Positions 20,401-30,018 of a stretch of 64,000 nucleotides of DNA are shown piece after piece (the stretch's first letter is position 1; the number at the start of each line of letters is the position of its first letter). Source of the stretch: Magnetococcales bacterium (lineage in GTDB: Bacteria > Pseudomonadota > Magnetococcia > Magnetococcales > UBA8363); contig JACSDG010000054.1 of assembly GCA_015660855.1 (NCBI GenBank), forward strand, positions 1,981-65,980. The letters run 5' to 3'. The position numbers and the translations under genes are program-made. The notes beneath the pieces were generated by a model. It was given only the letters and a program-made list of their open reading frames with translations. It searched no databases and was not told the DNA's origin.

Positions 20401-23400
20401 CCACCGGTTCAACTTTGACTCTGTCCGAAGCTCAGGTGGGTAAGACCATCCAGGTCGAAGCCCGTTATACCGATGGCCATGGAAATATGGAGGCCGTCGC
20501 GAGCACTCCAACCGGGCTGGTTGCAAACCTTAATGATCCTCCGGTGGGATCGGTAACCATCGGTGGAAATCTTCTTCAGGGACAAACGTTGACGGCAACC
20601 GCTTCCCTGACCGATGTGGATGGGATGGGTCTTGTAAATTTTCAATGGTTTGCTGATGGGACTGCCGTGGCCACCGGTTCAACTTTGACCCTGTCCGAGG
20701 CTCAGGTGGGTAAGAGCATCCAGGTCGAAGCCCGTTATACCGATGGCCATGGATATGCCCAAACCGTTGCGAGCACTCCAACCGGGCTGGTTACAAACCT
20801 TAATGATTCCCCGGCAGGATCGGTAACCATCGGTGGAAATCCTCTCCAGGGACAAACGTTGACGGCAACCGCTTCCCTGACCGATTTGGATGGGATGGGT
20901 CTTGTAAGTTTTCAATGGTTTGCCAATGGGACTGCCGTGGCCACCGGTGCAACTTTGACCTTGTCCGAGGCCCAGGTGGGTAAGATCATCCAGGTCGAGG
21001 CCCGTTATACCGATGGCCATGGGTATGGTGAAACCGTGGCAAGTGCCCCTACGGCAAGCGTTGCCAATGTGAATGATCCCTCCTCCGGAAGCCTCACCAT
21101 TGCGGGAACAAACCAGGTGGGACAGGTTTTGACGGCCAACACTTCCGCCATACTTGATGCCGACGGGTTGGGGACTTTTGCGTTTCAATGGCAGCATTCC
21201 TCCGATGCTGGAGCCACATGGAGCCACATCGCTGGAGCAAATACGGGTTCCTTTACTGCGAGTCTGGTCGATGTCACAACCTTGTTGCGGGTCGTGGTTT
21301 CTTATACCGATCAAAGGGGGACTTCCGAATCCTTGACCTCAAGTTCCGTGACCGTCCTTCCCCATGCTGTGGTGTCGCTGTCTTCCCTGAATGGCAGCAA
21401 CGGTTTGCGTCTGAACGGTGTGGCGGATGCGGATTGGAGTGGTTATTCGGTTGGCGGAGCCGGGGACATCAACAGCGACGGTTTTGCCGACGTTATCATC
21501 GGGGCACGCCATTCCGATCCAGGTGGACTCGACTCCGGGGCCAGTTATATCGTCTTTGGCAAGGCGACCGGTTTTACCTCGCCTCTTGAACTTTCCAGCC
21601 TGAATGGTTCCAATGGTTTTCGCCTGGATGGGGTGGCGGCGGGTGATTTGAGCGGTATTTCGTTAAGTTCGGCTGGTGACATCAACGGCGATGGTCTTGA
21701 AGATTTTATCATAGGGGCCAGTGGTGCCAATGTGGGGGGAATCGACTCGGGTGCAAGTTATGTGGTTCTCGGGAAAGCTTCCAGCTTTGCTGCCAATGTG
21801 GGCCTTGCCACCCTGAATGGCACCACCGGTTTTCGTTTGAACGGTAGCACAACGGAAGACCAGAGTGGTTTTGCGGTGGCCAGAGCCGGCGATATCAACG
21901 GCGATGGTTATGGAGACATCATTGTTGGTGCCATAAATGCCGACTGGGGAGAGAGAGATTCGGGTTCGGCTTATCTCATTTTTGGTTCGGGATCGGTTTT
22001 TGCTTCGACAGTGGGTCTTTCCACGCTGAGTGGCACGGGGACCGGTTTCCGCCTGGATGGCGTGGCACTGGATGACCAGTGTGGTGTCTCTGTCAACGGT
22101 GCCGGAGATGTCAATGGCGACGGCTTTGACGATTTGATCGTGGGTGCCCATGCAGCGGATCCGGGGGGAACCCATTCGGGAGCGAGTTATGTGATCTTTG
22201 GCAAAGCCTCCGGTTTTGCTTCGACGATGGCCCTTTCCGCCCTGAATGGTACGACCGGCTTTCGTTTGACCGGAGGCGCGGCTGGTGATGGGAGCGGTTA
22301 TTCCGTCAGCAGTGCCGGAGATGTCAATGGCGATGGTTATGACGACCTTCTCATTGGTACTCCCAAGGCCAGTCCGGGGGGAAATTTATCGGGCGGTGCT
22401 GCCGTGGTTTTTGGCAAAGCCTCCGGTTTTGCCGCAACCATCGATCTTGCAACGTTGGATGGCACCAACGGTTTTCGTCTGAATGGCGCGGCGGCTGGTG
22501 ATCATAGCGGTTGGTCGGTGAGCCGCTTGGGAGATTGTAATGGCGACGGTTTTGCCGACCTTCTGGTGGGAGCCAAGGATGCCGGACCGACTGGTGTTGT
22601 TTCCGGGGCCAGCTATGTGATTTTTGGCAAGGCTTCCGGTTTTACCGCAACCCTCGGCCTGGCTTCGCTGGACGGTACCAACGGCTTTCGCATGGATGGT
22701 GTCGGGGCGGGAGATTGGAGTGGGAGTTCGGTAAGCGGCCCGGGCGACATCAATAACGATGGCTTCGCAGATATGCTGGTGGGGGCTTACGGTGCTGATC
22801 CGATAGGTTCAAATTCGGGAGCTTCTTATGTTTACTTCGGTGGTAACTTTACCGGAGCCTCTGCCAATCCCCAGACTCTGAGCGGAACCTCCAGTGCCAA
22901 TGTTTTGCGGGGTGGATTGGGGGCGGATACACTGACGGGAGGCGGCGGGGCGGATGTATTGTTGGGTGGGGCAGGAAATGACATCCTGGTGGTGGCCGAC
23001 ACCTCCTTCTTGAAAATCGATGGTGGAAGTGGCAGCGATACCCTGAGTTTTTCTGGTGGTGGTATGAGCCTGAATCTGACCACTGCTGGAATGGCAGGTA
23101 AAATAAAAGATGTTGAAATCATCGACTTGACCGGGACTGGAAACAACAGCCTGACCTTGACTTTGGCCTACCTGAACCGGATTACCGGGGGGAATACCGT
23201 TCGTATCGATGGCAATGCCGGTGACACGGTAACTTTTCTGGCTGGAGGAAGTCTGGCCTCTGGTGCCTCTTTGACCCTGAACACCGCCGCCACCTTCAAT
23301 AATTCAACAATCAATGGCACCCTGGTGTATAACTCTGCATCGAGTTTTTCCGCTCTTAACTTGGGAGGGAGTGGCGCATTCGTCGTTCAGAATGCTTTGG

Positions 23401-26400
23401 GACTGCGGGGAACGGGTAGTATCGGCCCGGCGGTGACAATCCAATCCGGTGGTACTCTGACCATTGACGGCAGTACGGCCTATGGTTTCTCCACCCAGAC
23501 ATTCAATGCCGACATAAACAATGCCGGCAATCTGGTTTTTAATTCCGACAATATCTCCTATAACGCCACCCTGACCCTGGGGGCGGGTAAAACCTTGACC
23601 AATACCGGGACCATCACTCTGGGTGGGAATGTTAGTGGTGGTGATATTATTTATGGTAACGTCACGAACACTGGAACCATCAACATTGCGATCGATGATT
23701 TAAATATTAACAATGCGACACTGTTCAATGCGGTAGGTGGGACCATCAGCACGACCACCGGTCGTACTTTGACCGTGACAGGCGGTAGCACTCGTTTTGG
23801 AACGGGAACGAGTTTGACGGGTAGCGGTACAGTGGATTTGACTGGAAACCACACCCTGGACATTGGCAGCGGATACACCCATTTGGCAACATCCACGGCA
23901 ACCTTGAAGTTTGGCGGAATTGTGACAGTCAACGGGACCGGTTCATTTGTGAACCAGAGTACTCTAAGTCTGCGCAGTTCCGATGATATTTTTAACGTCG
24001 CCGTGATCAACGCGGTCGGAGCCAGTTTAATCATCGATGGTTCGACATCCCATGGCTTTTCCACTCAGACATTCAACGCCGATGTAACCAATGCGGGTAC
24101 CCTGACTTTCAGCTCCGATAATATTTCCTTCAATGCAGCCCTGACTTTAGCTTCCGGAAAAACCTTGACCAATACCGGGACCATGACTTTGAGTGGCAAC
24201 ACATCAGGGGGTGACATCATCAATGGTAACGTTACAAATACTGGAACAATCAACGTAACGGTCGATGATCTGACCATCAACAACGCAACCTTGTTCGATA
24301 CCTCCAGTGGAACCATCAGCACCAATTCCCTTCGCGTTTTAACCATCAACGGTGGTACTACCCGTTTTGGCTCCGGTACCTCATTGCCGGGTGCCGGCAC
24401 GGTCGATCTGACCGGTACGCATGAATTGAATATCGGCAGCGGTTATACCCACCGGATCACCCATACCTCGACATTGAAATTTGGTGGTACCGTAACCGTC
24501 AATGGCAGTGGAGCTTTTGTCAATGAGGGGACATTATCTTTGCGCAGTGCCGATGATACCTTTAATGTTGCCTTCATCAATGCCGCTGGGGCCAGTTTGA
24601 TCATCGATGGTTCGACGGCGTCCTCTGGCTCTTCCACCCAGACATTCAACGCCGATGTGACCAATGCTGGTACCCTGACCTTCAACTCCGACAATATTTC
24701 CTTTCATGCCACCCTGACTTTAGCTTCCGGAAAAAACTTGACCAATACCGGGACTATAACTTTGAGTGGAAACACATCAGGGGGTGACATCATCAATGGC
24801 AACGTTACAAACACCGGAACAATCAACGTAACGGTCGATGATCTTGCCATCAACAACGCAACTTTGTTTGACACTTCCGGTGGAACTGTCAACACCGATT
24901 CCTCTCGCACTTTAACTGTCAACGGTGGTACCACCCGTTTTGGCTCCGGCACTTCATTGCCGGGTGTCGGCACGGTCGATCTGACCGGTACGCATGAATT
25001 GAATATCGGCAGTGGTTACACCCACCGGATCACCCATACCTCGACATTGAAATTTGGTGGTGTTGTAGATGTCAATGGCAGTGGAGCTTTTGTCAATGAG
25101 GGGACATTATCTTTGCGCAGTGCCGATGATACCTTCAATGTTGCCTTCATCAATGCTGCCGGGGCCAGTTTGATTATCGATGGTTCAACGTCCCATGGCT
25201 TCTCCACCCAGACATTCAACGCCGATGTGACCAATGCCGGTACCCTGACTTTCAACTCCGATAATATTTCCTTCAATGCCACCCTGACTTTAGCCACTGG
25301 AAAAACCTTGGCCAATACCGGGACCGTAACCTTGAGTGGAAGCACATCAGGGGGTGACACCATCAATGGTAACATTACAAATACCGGAACAATCAACGTA
25401 ACGGTCGATGATCTGGTTATCAACAGTGAATCGTTGTTTAATACAGTGGGAGGAACTCTCAGTGCCAGTACCGGGAGAATCTTGACGGTGAATGGTGGTA
25501 CCAGTCGTTTTGGATCTGGAACAGTCATGACCGGCAGTGGTACGGTCGATCTGACTGGCGTTCATACCTTGGACATCGGCACTGGCTATACCCACCAGAC
25601 GACCAGTACTGCCACACTGAAATTTGGTGGTACGGTCACGGTGACCGGGACCGGTACTTTTGTCAATGCGGGAACATTGTATTTGCGTAGCACCAATGAT
25701 GTTTTTAATGTCAATTTTTCCAATCTTGCCGGGGCCAATCTTTACATCGATGCAACGACCTCCTATGGGGCTTCCACCCAGACTTTTAATGCCGACCTGA
25801 CCAATGCCGGTACCCTGACGCTGAGTTCCGATAATATTTCATTCAATGCCGCGTTGGTCATGGGAACTGGAAAAACTTTGACCAATACCGGGACTCTTAC
25901 CCAGGGAGGCAGTACCTCGGGTACAAAGTCCATTACGGGTACGGTTATCAACACCGGTGCAATCAACGTCCTGGTTGATGATCTGACCGTCAATGGTGCA
26001 TTGACAAGTGGTGGAACGATCACTATGGCCTCTGGAAAGAATTTTTCGCTTCAGGGGGCCAGTAATCATATAACTCTGCAATCATCAAGCATTCTCCAGG
26101 GGGCAGGCACCTTGAGTATTGCCAGTAGCGGAGGTTCCAACCAGGATGGAACCATTCAGCCTGGAAATGCTGGTACTGCGGGGTTATTGACCATCAGCCA
26201 TTCTGCCTCTGCACTGGCCTTTGGTGATACATCCGTTCTAAACCTGGATTTGGGGGGTATCTCGGTAGGGACGCAGTATGACAAACTGGTAATTTCTGGA
26301 AGTGTTGTCTTGAATGGAACCATTAACATCAATTTGATCAATAGTTTTGTTCCTTCCGGTGGTCAAAGTTTTACAGTCATGAGTTATTCCTCGGCTTCCC

Positions 26401-27842
26401 AATCGGTGGACCGGATCAACGGTTTGAATGTAGGGAGCGGGGTGGTTTTGGACCCTGCCTTTTCCGCAACCAGCCTGGTTTTGTCTGCGCGCACAGTCAC
26501 TTTTGCGGGAGATTCCAATGCCAACGTTGCGGCTGGGACGGCTGGACAGGATGTCATGCTGGGAGGTGATGGTAGTGACACTCTGACCGCCAATGGCAAC
26601 GATCTGCTCTTCGGGGAAGGGGGCAACGATGTTATTGAATTGAACAATCTGAATTTTAATTTTGTGGATGGAGGGGCAGGGATCGATACCCTCAAGGTTG
26701 CCGACCTTAACCTGGATATGACAACGGTATCGGGCTATCGCTGGACCGGGTTTGAAGTGATCGATCTGCAGGCTGGCAGCGGCTCTCATGTACTCAGATT
26801 GACATCGTCCTACCTAAGCCAGGTCATTCCTTCGGGGACCGAATTGCGGATCATGGGGGACGGCAGCGATACCGTCCATATAGGCACGGGCTGGACCTTG
26901 ACCCCCAATGCAACGACCATCGATGGCGAAGTCTACAACCGCTATACCCAGGGGGGAACATCTCTGCTTGTCGATACCAACCTTGTGACCGCGTTGGATC
27001 CCATTGTCCTGGACCTGAACGGCGATGGTGTCCAGTTGGTCGATTTGGACTTGGGTATTCGCTTCGATATGGGCTTGACGGGAGTTGGGCAGGCAACGGG
27101 GTGGGTTGGACCGGAGGATGCCTTGTTGGCGTTGGATCGCAACCATGACGGTGTCATTCAAGATGCGACGGAATTGTTTTCGGAGCGCATGTTTGCCGGG
27201 GCGGCTTTTTCTGGCATGGAGGCTTTGTCTCTGCTGGATGAGAATGATGACCATATCTTTGATTTTCAGGACATCGCGTATAGCGATGTTTTGGTTTGGC
27301 AGGACAAAAACCAGGATGGTTTTTCCGACAAGGGGGAGATGCTGTCTCTGGCTCAGAGGGGTATCGTTTCGGTATCACTCGATACGGTTGGCGACGGGGA
27401 ATGGAAGGGAAGCAACCAGATTTTGACAGAGGGCCATTTTGCTTTCGCAGACGGTCGGTCGGGGGAACTTCAGGAGGTGGCGTTTTATTATCGTCCCGTC
27501 GAAGTTTCCGCCTCTCCAGCGCAAGAAGATGGGGCGGCGGTCATGCCTGCCCAGAATGCCGGGACGGTCATCGAAGAATGGCCGCCCCAGGTGGATCAAC
27601 TGGATGACCCTGTAGTTTTCGAGCAACGCCTGACAGACCTTTTAAATGCCCTGGCCCAAAATGAATTTCAGGAGTCTGTGCCAAGGGAGGCCTTTGGTTT
27701 CATGGATAGGATGGATTGGCAAAAAGGGAATGAATGGCCGACGGGTTATAGTGACTTGGTGGATCAGGCCAACATCCTTTTGCCTGAGGATTTGCTTCCT
27801 GGAAATGCCGATGTGGCGGGGACAGAAGGAGTGATTTGGTAG
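17451..27842 (+). CDS. Giant (3463 aa) multidomain RTX-type surface/adhesin protein
   Basis: FecR-like domain (IKTPTAVVGIRGS), 7 Ig-like repeats, FG-GAP repeats, GGxGxD RTX nonamers, 190-aa repeats, C-terminal DPIVLDLNGDG...GWVGPEDALLALDRN domain; GGAGG RBS; no Sec signal seen. Confidence 0.9.
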   Translation: MSLSIRPNSLEATSHSVTPETIAGDGVGAGLDLVVPDVALLLEGHYRRVGDDLEIRGPDGQSWTVDGYFVYAHPPVLLAPNGAVLLPEIVQSLLVIDPVHGATLVAGPTMVVEVPPVIGKVGEIVGQVTARGTGGVERSLKEGDVIFKGDVLQTKKGELIKLVFPDGTVFQLGEEARAVIDKFIFSPATREGGFEATVTKGIFSFESGAISSLNAGRHSTIKTPTAVVGIRGSQLSGEVTADGSTTVVHSAGILDISDARGQGTVTLVEPGSATQVVFGVGAPEPVFKAPASFISRLESQLDIQKVKEEQKKEDSGNKPEQKPEGKKETIQEEGGPKESKNEGAPGEKTGETKTESQTEAIDDAEETIADPDVTTEQVESASVSETTVAKNAEEGVRVPSSSGMDDVGKMGSNSDGVSSGAMEVMDPLTAGMDLGVGSLADLIGTGGAMEGALVEVGAVGETLGPAPVSVSAPPQITLVSQGISGVDPVPTPDLPTEKILDTATEVKKPLAPDSPSPDEPAGEPELNLEDLSGGSEFAATPDLEALSALVESAPAQPAPVETAPTQPAPVEPAPTQPVTTNPTVTESVFTELFPTMETSSEPPPEMVPTDVLPPPEPVVSPIEPLVSLTPPVADRSVSTTLTVPGGGSSQGQIFTERPSIAYINAPPTGSVIITGELIQGQTLTVSNTLADVGGLGMIHYHWWGNDIQISDATGSTLFLTEPYVGKAIRVVAEYTDGHGVAERVESNITSLVANTNDFPAGSVTLVGDMVEGQTLTVFNTVVDADGAGIIAYRWQADGEDIVNVPNNRLILTDDQVGKIIRVVASYTDGHGTLENVIGTAESRVANIDDIPTGSVFISGDLVQGGILVATNTLDDEDGLGEIGYQWRVDGFAAAVGDRLVLTETHVGKVITVKAGYTDGHGEETEVVSGPTGVVANLNDLPAGSVTIGGNPLQGQTLTAISSLTDLDGMGPVSFQWFADGTAVTTGSTLTLSEAQVGKTIQVEARYTDGHGNMEAVASTPTGLVANLNDPPVGSVTIGGNLLQGQTLTATASLTDVDGMGLVNFQWFADGTAVATGSTLTLSEAQVGKSIQVEARYTDGHGYAQTVASTPTGLVTNLNDSPAGSVTIGGNPLQGQTLTATASLTDLDGMGLVSFQWFANGTAVATGATLTLSEAQVGKIIQVEARYTDGHGYGETVASAPTASVANVNDPSSGSLTIAGTNQVGQVLTANTSAILDADGLGTFAFQWQHSSDAGATWSHIAGANTGSFTASLVDVTTLLRVVVSYTDQRGTSESLTSSSVTVLPHAVVSLSSLNGSNGLRLNGVADADWSGYSVGGAGDINSDGFADVIIGARHSDPGGLDSGASYIVFGKATGFTSPLELSSLNGSNGFRLDGVAAGDLSGISLSSAGDINGDGLEDFIIGASGANVGGIDSGASYVVLGKASSFAANVGLATLNGTTGFRLNGSTTEDQSGFAVARAGDINGDGYGDIIVGAINADWGERDSGSAYLIFGSGSVFASTVGLSTLSGTGTGFRLDGVALDDQCGVSVNGAGDVNGDGFDDLIVGAHAADPGGTHSGASYVIFGKASGFASTMALSALNGTTGFRLTGGAAGDGSGYSVSSAGDVNGDGYDDLLIGTPKASPGGNLSGGAAVVFGKASGFAATIDLATLDGTNGFRLNGAAAGDHSGWSVSRLGDCNGDGFADLLVGAKDAGPTGVVSGASYVIFGKASGFTATLGLASLDGTNGFRMDGVGAGDWSGSSVSGPGDINNDGFADMLVGAYGADPIGSNSGASYVYFGGNFTGASANPQTLSGTSSANVLRGGLGADTLTGGGGADVLLGGAGNDILVVADTSFLKIDGGSGSDTLSFSGGGMSLNLTTAGMAGKIKDVEIIDLTGTGNNSLTLTLAYLNRITGGNTVRIDGNAGDTVTFLAGGSLASGASLTLNTAATFNNSTINGTLVYNSASSFSALNLGGSGAFVVQNALGLRGTGSIGPAVTIQSGGTLTIDGSTAYGFSTQTFNADINNAGNLVFNSDNISYNATLTLGAGKTLTNTGTITLGGNVSGGDIIYGNVTNTGTINIAIDDLNINNATLFNAVGGTISTTTGRTLTVTGGSTRFGTGTSLTGSGTVDLTGNHTLDIGSGYTHLATSTATLKFGGIVTVNGTGSFVNQSTLSLRSSDDIFNVAVINAVGASLIIDGSTSHGFSTQTFNADVTNAGTLTFSSDNISFNAALTLASGKTLTNTGTMTLSGNTSGGDIINGNVTNTGTINVTVDDLTINNATLFDTSSGTISTNSLRVLTINGGTTRFGSGTSLPGAGTVDLTGTHELNIGSGYTHRITHTSTLKFGGTVTVNGSGAFVNEGTLSLRSADDTFNVAFINAAGASLIIDGSTASSGSSTQTFNADVTNAGTLTFNSDNISFHATLTLASGKNLTNTGTITLSGNTSGGDIINGNVTNTGTINVTVDDLAINNATLFDTSGGTVNTDSSRTLTVNGGTTRFGSGTSLPGVGTVDLTGTHELNIGSGYTHRITHTSTLKFGGVVDVNGSGAFVNEGTLSLRSADDTFNVAFINAAGASLIIDGSTSHGFSTQTFNADVTNAGTLTFNSDNISFNATLTLATGKTLANTGTVTLSGSTSGGDTINGNITNTGTINVTVDDLVINSESLFNTVGGTLSASTGRILTVNGGTSRFGSGTVMTGSGTVDLTGVHTLDIGTGYTHQTTSTATLKFGGTVTVTGTGTFVNAGTLYLRSTNDVFNVNFSNLAGANLYIDATTSYGASTQTFNADLTNAGTLTLSSDNISFNAALVMGTGKTLTNTGTLTQGGSTSGTKSITGTVINTGAINVLVDDLTVNGALTSGGTITMASGKNFSLQGASNHITLQSSSILQGAGTLSIASSGGSNQDGTIQPGNAGTAGLLTISHSASALAFGDTSVLNLDLGGISVGTQYDKLVISGSVVLNGTININLINSFVPSGGQSFTVMSYSSASQSVDRINGLNVGSGVVLDPAFSATSLVLSARTVTFAGDSNANVAAGTAGQDVMLGGDGSDTLTANGNDLLFGEGGNDVIELNNLNFNFVDGGAGIDTLKVADLNLDMTTVSGYRWTGFEVIDLQAGSGSHVLRLTSSYLSQVIPSGTELRIMGDGSDTVHIGTGWTLTPNATTIDGEVYNRYTQGGTSLLVDTNLVTALDPIVLDLNGDGVQLVDLDLGIRFDMGLTGVGQATGWVGPEDALLALDRNHDGVIQDATELFSERMFAGAAFSGMEALSLLDENDDHIFDFQDIAYSDVLVWQDKNQDGFSDKGEMLSLAQRGIVSVSLDTVGDGEWKGSNQILTEGHFAFADGRSGELQEVAFYYRPVEVSASPAQEDGAAVMPAQNAGTVIEEWPPQVDQLDDPVVFEQRLTDLLNALAQNEFQESVPREAFGFMDRMDWQKGNEWPTGYSDLVDQANILLPEDLLPGNADVAGTEGVIW
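19440..21360 (+). repeat. Seven 270-276-nt Ig/cadherin-like domain repeats
   Basis: Units start at 19440, 19716, 19992, 20262, 20532, 20802 and 21072 (NDxPxGSVTI.G...GQTLT...D.DG.G...QW...YTDGHG). Units 4-6 are near-identical in DNA. Confidence 0.92.
21390..22850 (+). repeat. FG-GAP/integrin-alpha beta-propeller repeats (7)
   Basis: Recurrent G.SV..AGD.NGDG.DD..VGA...SGASYV.FG. Confidence 0.9.
23451..25960 (+). repeat. 570-573-nt (190-aa) Thr/Gly/Asn-rich tandem repeats, 4 full plus one partial
   Basis: Equivalent positions at 23451, 24021, 24591, 25164 and 25734 (IDGST..GFSTQTFNADVTNAGTLTFNSDNISF). Confidence 0.92.
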
Positions 27843-27898
27843 ATGGGGCCCGGTGACAGATATCGGAAAAATAAAGGTAACTATTCAAGGTCGGAGCC

Positions 27899-29038
27899 AT
27901 GAAATTCGAGGCATTCCAGTCCGGCAAGCTCCGTCAGCAGTACCAATACAAGAGCTTTCACCCCGCGCCCATCAACCAGGAGTGGTCCTGGGACGACCCG
28001 CGCATCGGCACGTTGCTGGAGCGGGCGTCCAGGTCATTGGGGGAGTTGAACGCATTCACCCTGATCGTGCCCGAGGTGGATCTGTACCTGCAAATGCACG
28101 TTCTCAAGGAGGCCAATCTTTCCAGCCGCATCGAAGGCACCCGCACCGAGATGGACGAGGCGGTGCTGGAGGAGGAGGAGATTCTGCCGGAACGGCGCAA
28201 CGACTGGCGCGAGGTGCAAAACTACGTCTGTGCCATGAACGAGGCCATTGCCAGCCTGCGCGAGTTGCCCCTGTCGTTGCGGCTGTTGAAACAGACCCAC
28301 GCCACTCTCATGCAGGGGGTGCGCGGCGAGCGGAAAACGCCGGGCGAATTCCGCCGCAGTCAAAACTGGGTGGGTGGAGCGACCCTGGCCGACGCCGCCT
28401 TCATCCCGCCCCACTACGACGACCTGCCCGATTTGCTGAGCGATTTGGAAGCCTTCTGGCACAACGACGCCATCCAGGTACCCCACCTCATCCGTTGTGC
28501 CCTTTCCCATTACCAGTTCGAGACCATCCATCCGTTTCTTGACGGCAATGGCCGCATTGGTCGCCTGCTCATCACGCTCTATCTGGTAAGCCACGAATTG
28601 TTGGCCAAGCCCTCCCTCTATCTCTCCGCGCATCTGGAAAAACACCGAGGGGCCTATTTCGACGCCCTGACCCGGGCGCGGGAATCCAACGACCTCGGTC
28701 ACTGGTGCCGCTTCTTCCTCCAGGCCGTGGAGGAGACCGCCGAGAAAGGCAAGGAGACCTTCCGCCAACTGCTGGCCCTGCGCCAGGAGATCGACGGACG
28801 TATTGTCACCCTGGGACGGCGGGCGGAAAATGGGCGGCGATTGATTCAATTTCTTTACCGGCGTCCGGCGGTCAATGTCGGACAAGTGGCGGTGGAACTG
28901 GGACTTCAATACCAGGCCGCCAATCAACTGGTGGCGGCCCTCGGCGAGATGAAATTGCTGGAGGAGGTGACCGGCTACCAGAGGAACCGCTTTTTCCGGT
29001 TCCGGCCCTACCTGGATATTTTCCAGGCCGAAAAATGA
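27899..29038 (+). CDS. Fic-family protein (class II, with C-terminal HTH)
   Basis: HPFLDGNGRIGR catalytic motif; N-terminal SSRIEG inhibitory motif; GC-richer than the flanks. Confidence 0.93.
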   Translation: MKFEAFQSGKLRQQYQYKSFHPAPINQEWSWDDPRIGTLLERASRSLGELNAFTLIVPEVDLYLQMHVLKEANLSSRIEGTRTEMDEAVLEEEEILPERRNDWREVQNYVCAMNEAIASLRELPLSLRLLKQTHATLMQGVRGERKTPGEFRRSQNWVGGATLADAAFIPPHYDDLPDLLSDLEAFWHNDAIQVPHLIRCALSHYQFETIHPFLDGNGRIGRLLITLYLVSHELLAKPSLYLSAHLEKHRGAYFDALTRARESNDLGHWCRFFLQAVEETAEKGKETFRQLLALRQEIDGRIVTLGRRAENGRRLIQFLYRRPAVNVGQVAVELGLQYQAANQLVAALGEMKLLEEVTGYQRNRFFRFRPYLDIFQAEK

Positions 29039-29123
29039 ATATGGAATTCCTTATTGTGATTTCACGCCATGAAAAGATAATATGGAAACCGTTATAGTGA
29101 TTTGCCCATAGGGAGCACCTTGG

Positions 29124-29486
29124 ATGTTCAACGAAGAAAACACCGTCGAGCAGATGGTTCTGGACACCCTCTCCAGGCAGGGCTGGTGTTTCGTGGCCGC
29201 TGACGCGCTGGGACGCGCCCACAACGATGTCTTCGTCGAATCCATGGTCCGGGAGGCGTTGACTCCTGCCTGAAGCCCCACGAGACCGACTACAAGTGGT
29301 TAACCCAGGTTTACGCGTCGGTCAAGCCCCCCAGCGGCCATGGCAAGCTGCTCTGGCACGCCCTGGGGGCCAAGACCATCGAACTGGTCCAGGGAGAACG
29401 TCCACATCGACACCGTCCGGGATGATCTGGACACCCTGGTGATGGATGCGGAGGTTCTTGAAGACTTGCTGGCAGCCAAGGATCCC
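29124..29486 (+). pseudogene. hsdR: Type I restriction subunit HsdR remnant (N-terminus fused to a C-terminal segment)
   Basis: MFNEENTVEQMVLDTL...VFVESMVREAL joined at about 29262 to CLKPHETDYKWLTQVYASVKPPSGHGKLLWHALGAKTIELV/ENVHIDTVRDDLDTLVMDAEVLE. Confidence 0.7.
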
Positions 29487-29615
29487 GTCCAAATTTATCG
29501 GGAACTGGCCAAGAACCGACCAGACGCTTTCCGACCCAATTTGGCAACATCCTGTGGCGCAAGGGCTATGGTGTTGAAAGGTCTGGAACGGCAGGAGGAG
29601 GCCCTGGCTTCCATC
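29487..29615 (+). pseudogene. TPR-repeat gene fragment
   Basis: VQIYRELAKNRPDAFRPNLATS...LERQEEALASI resembles the 42-aa RPDAFLPDLA-type TPR unit. Confidence 0.6.
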
Positions 29616-29861
29616 GTCGTGTATTGGTTCGGCGCTTACAGAGAACGATCTCCTTGCCAGACCAGAAAGGCAAACCAACCAAATGCCCTACAGTTCGGTG
29701 GGTATTCCAGACATTTACGGGAATCCATCTGCTTATTATTAAAGATCTACAATGCGTTATGCTTAATATGAACGAGTACCATTGGAGGGTCTTGGCACTC
29801 CTCGGAAAACGCTATGAGGCCATATATTCCTAAAACGTGTTCTAGGGGTGCGGAATGTCGG
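29616..29861 (+). mobile_element. IS1634-family transposase 3' fragment with right end
   Basis: LPDQKGKPTKCPTVRWVFQTFTGIH...VLALLGKRYEAIYS*, followed by TGCGGAATGTCGG. Confidence 0.8.
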
Positions 29862-29940
29862 GTCTAACGAGGATCACACCAGCAATGGCGGCATGCCGAT
29901 GGCCGCAAGACCATCCTGGCCGGCCCGGCCGGACGTCGTC

Positions 29941-30018
29941 ATGAAACGAGTCGGCAATCTTTTCGATCCCATTGTTGTCTTCCCCAACCTTTGGCGGGCA
30001 ATGCACAAAGCATGGCGC
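29941..30018 (+). pseudogene. N-terminal stub of a reverse transcriptase (DGR-like)
   Basis: MKRVGNLFDPIVVFPNLWRAMHKAWR resembles the MKRxGNLxxxIxxFxNLxxAxxKA start of DGR-type RTs. Only 26 codons. Confidence 0.55.

Noticed and set aside
24021-25733. Near-identical long repeats as a DGR TR/VR pair
   Set aside because: They are tandem coding units with mostly synonymous or scattered differences and no adenine-specific pattern seen.
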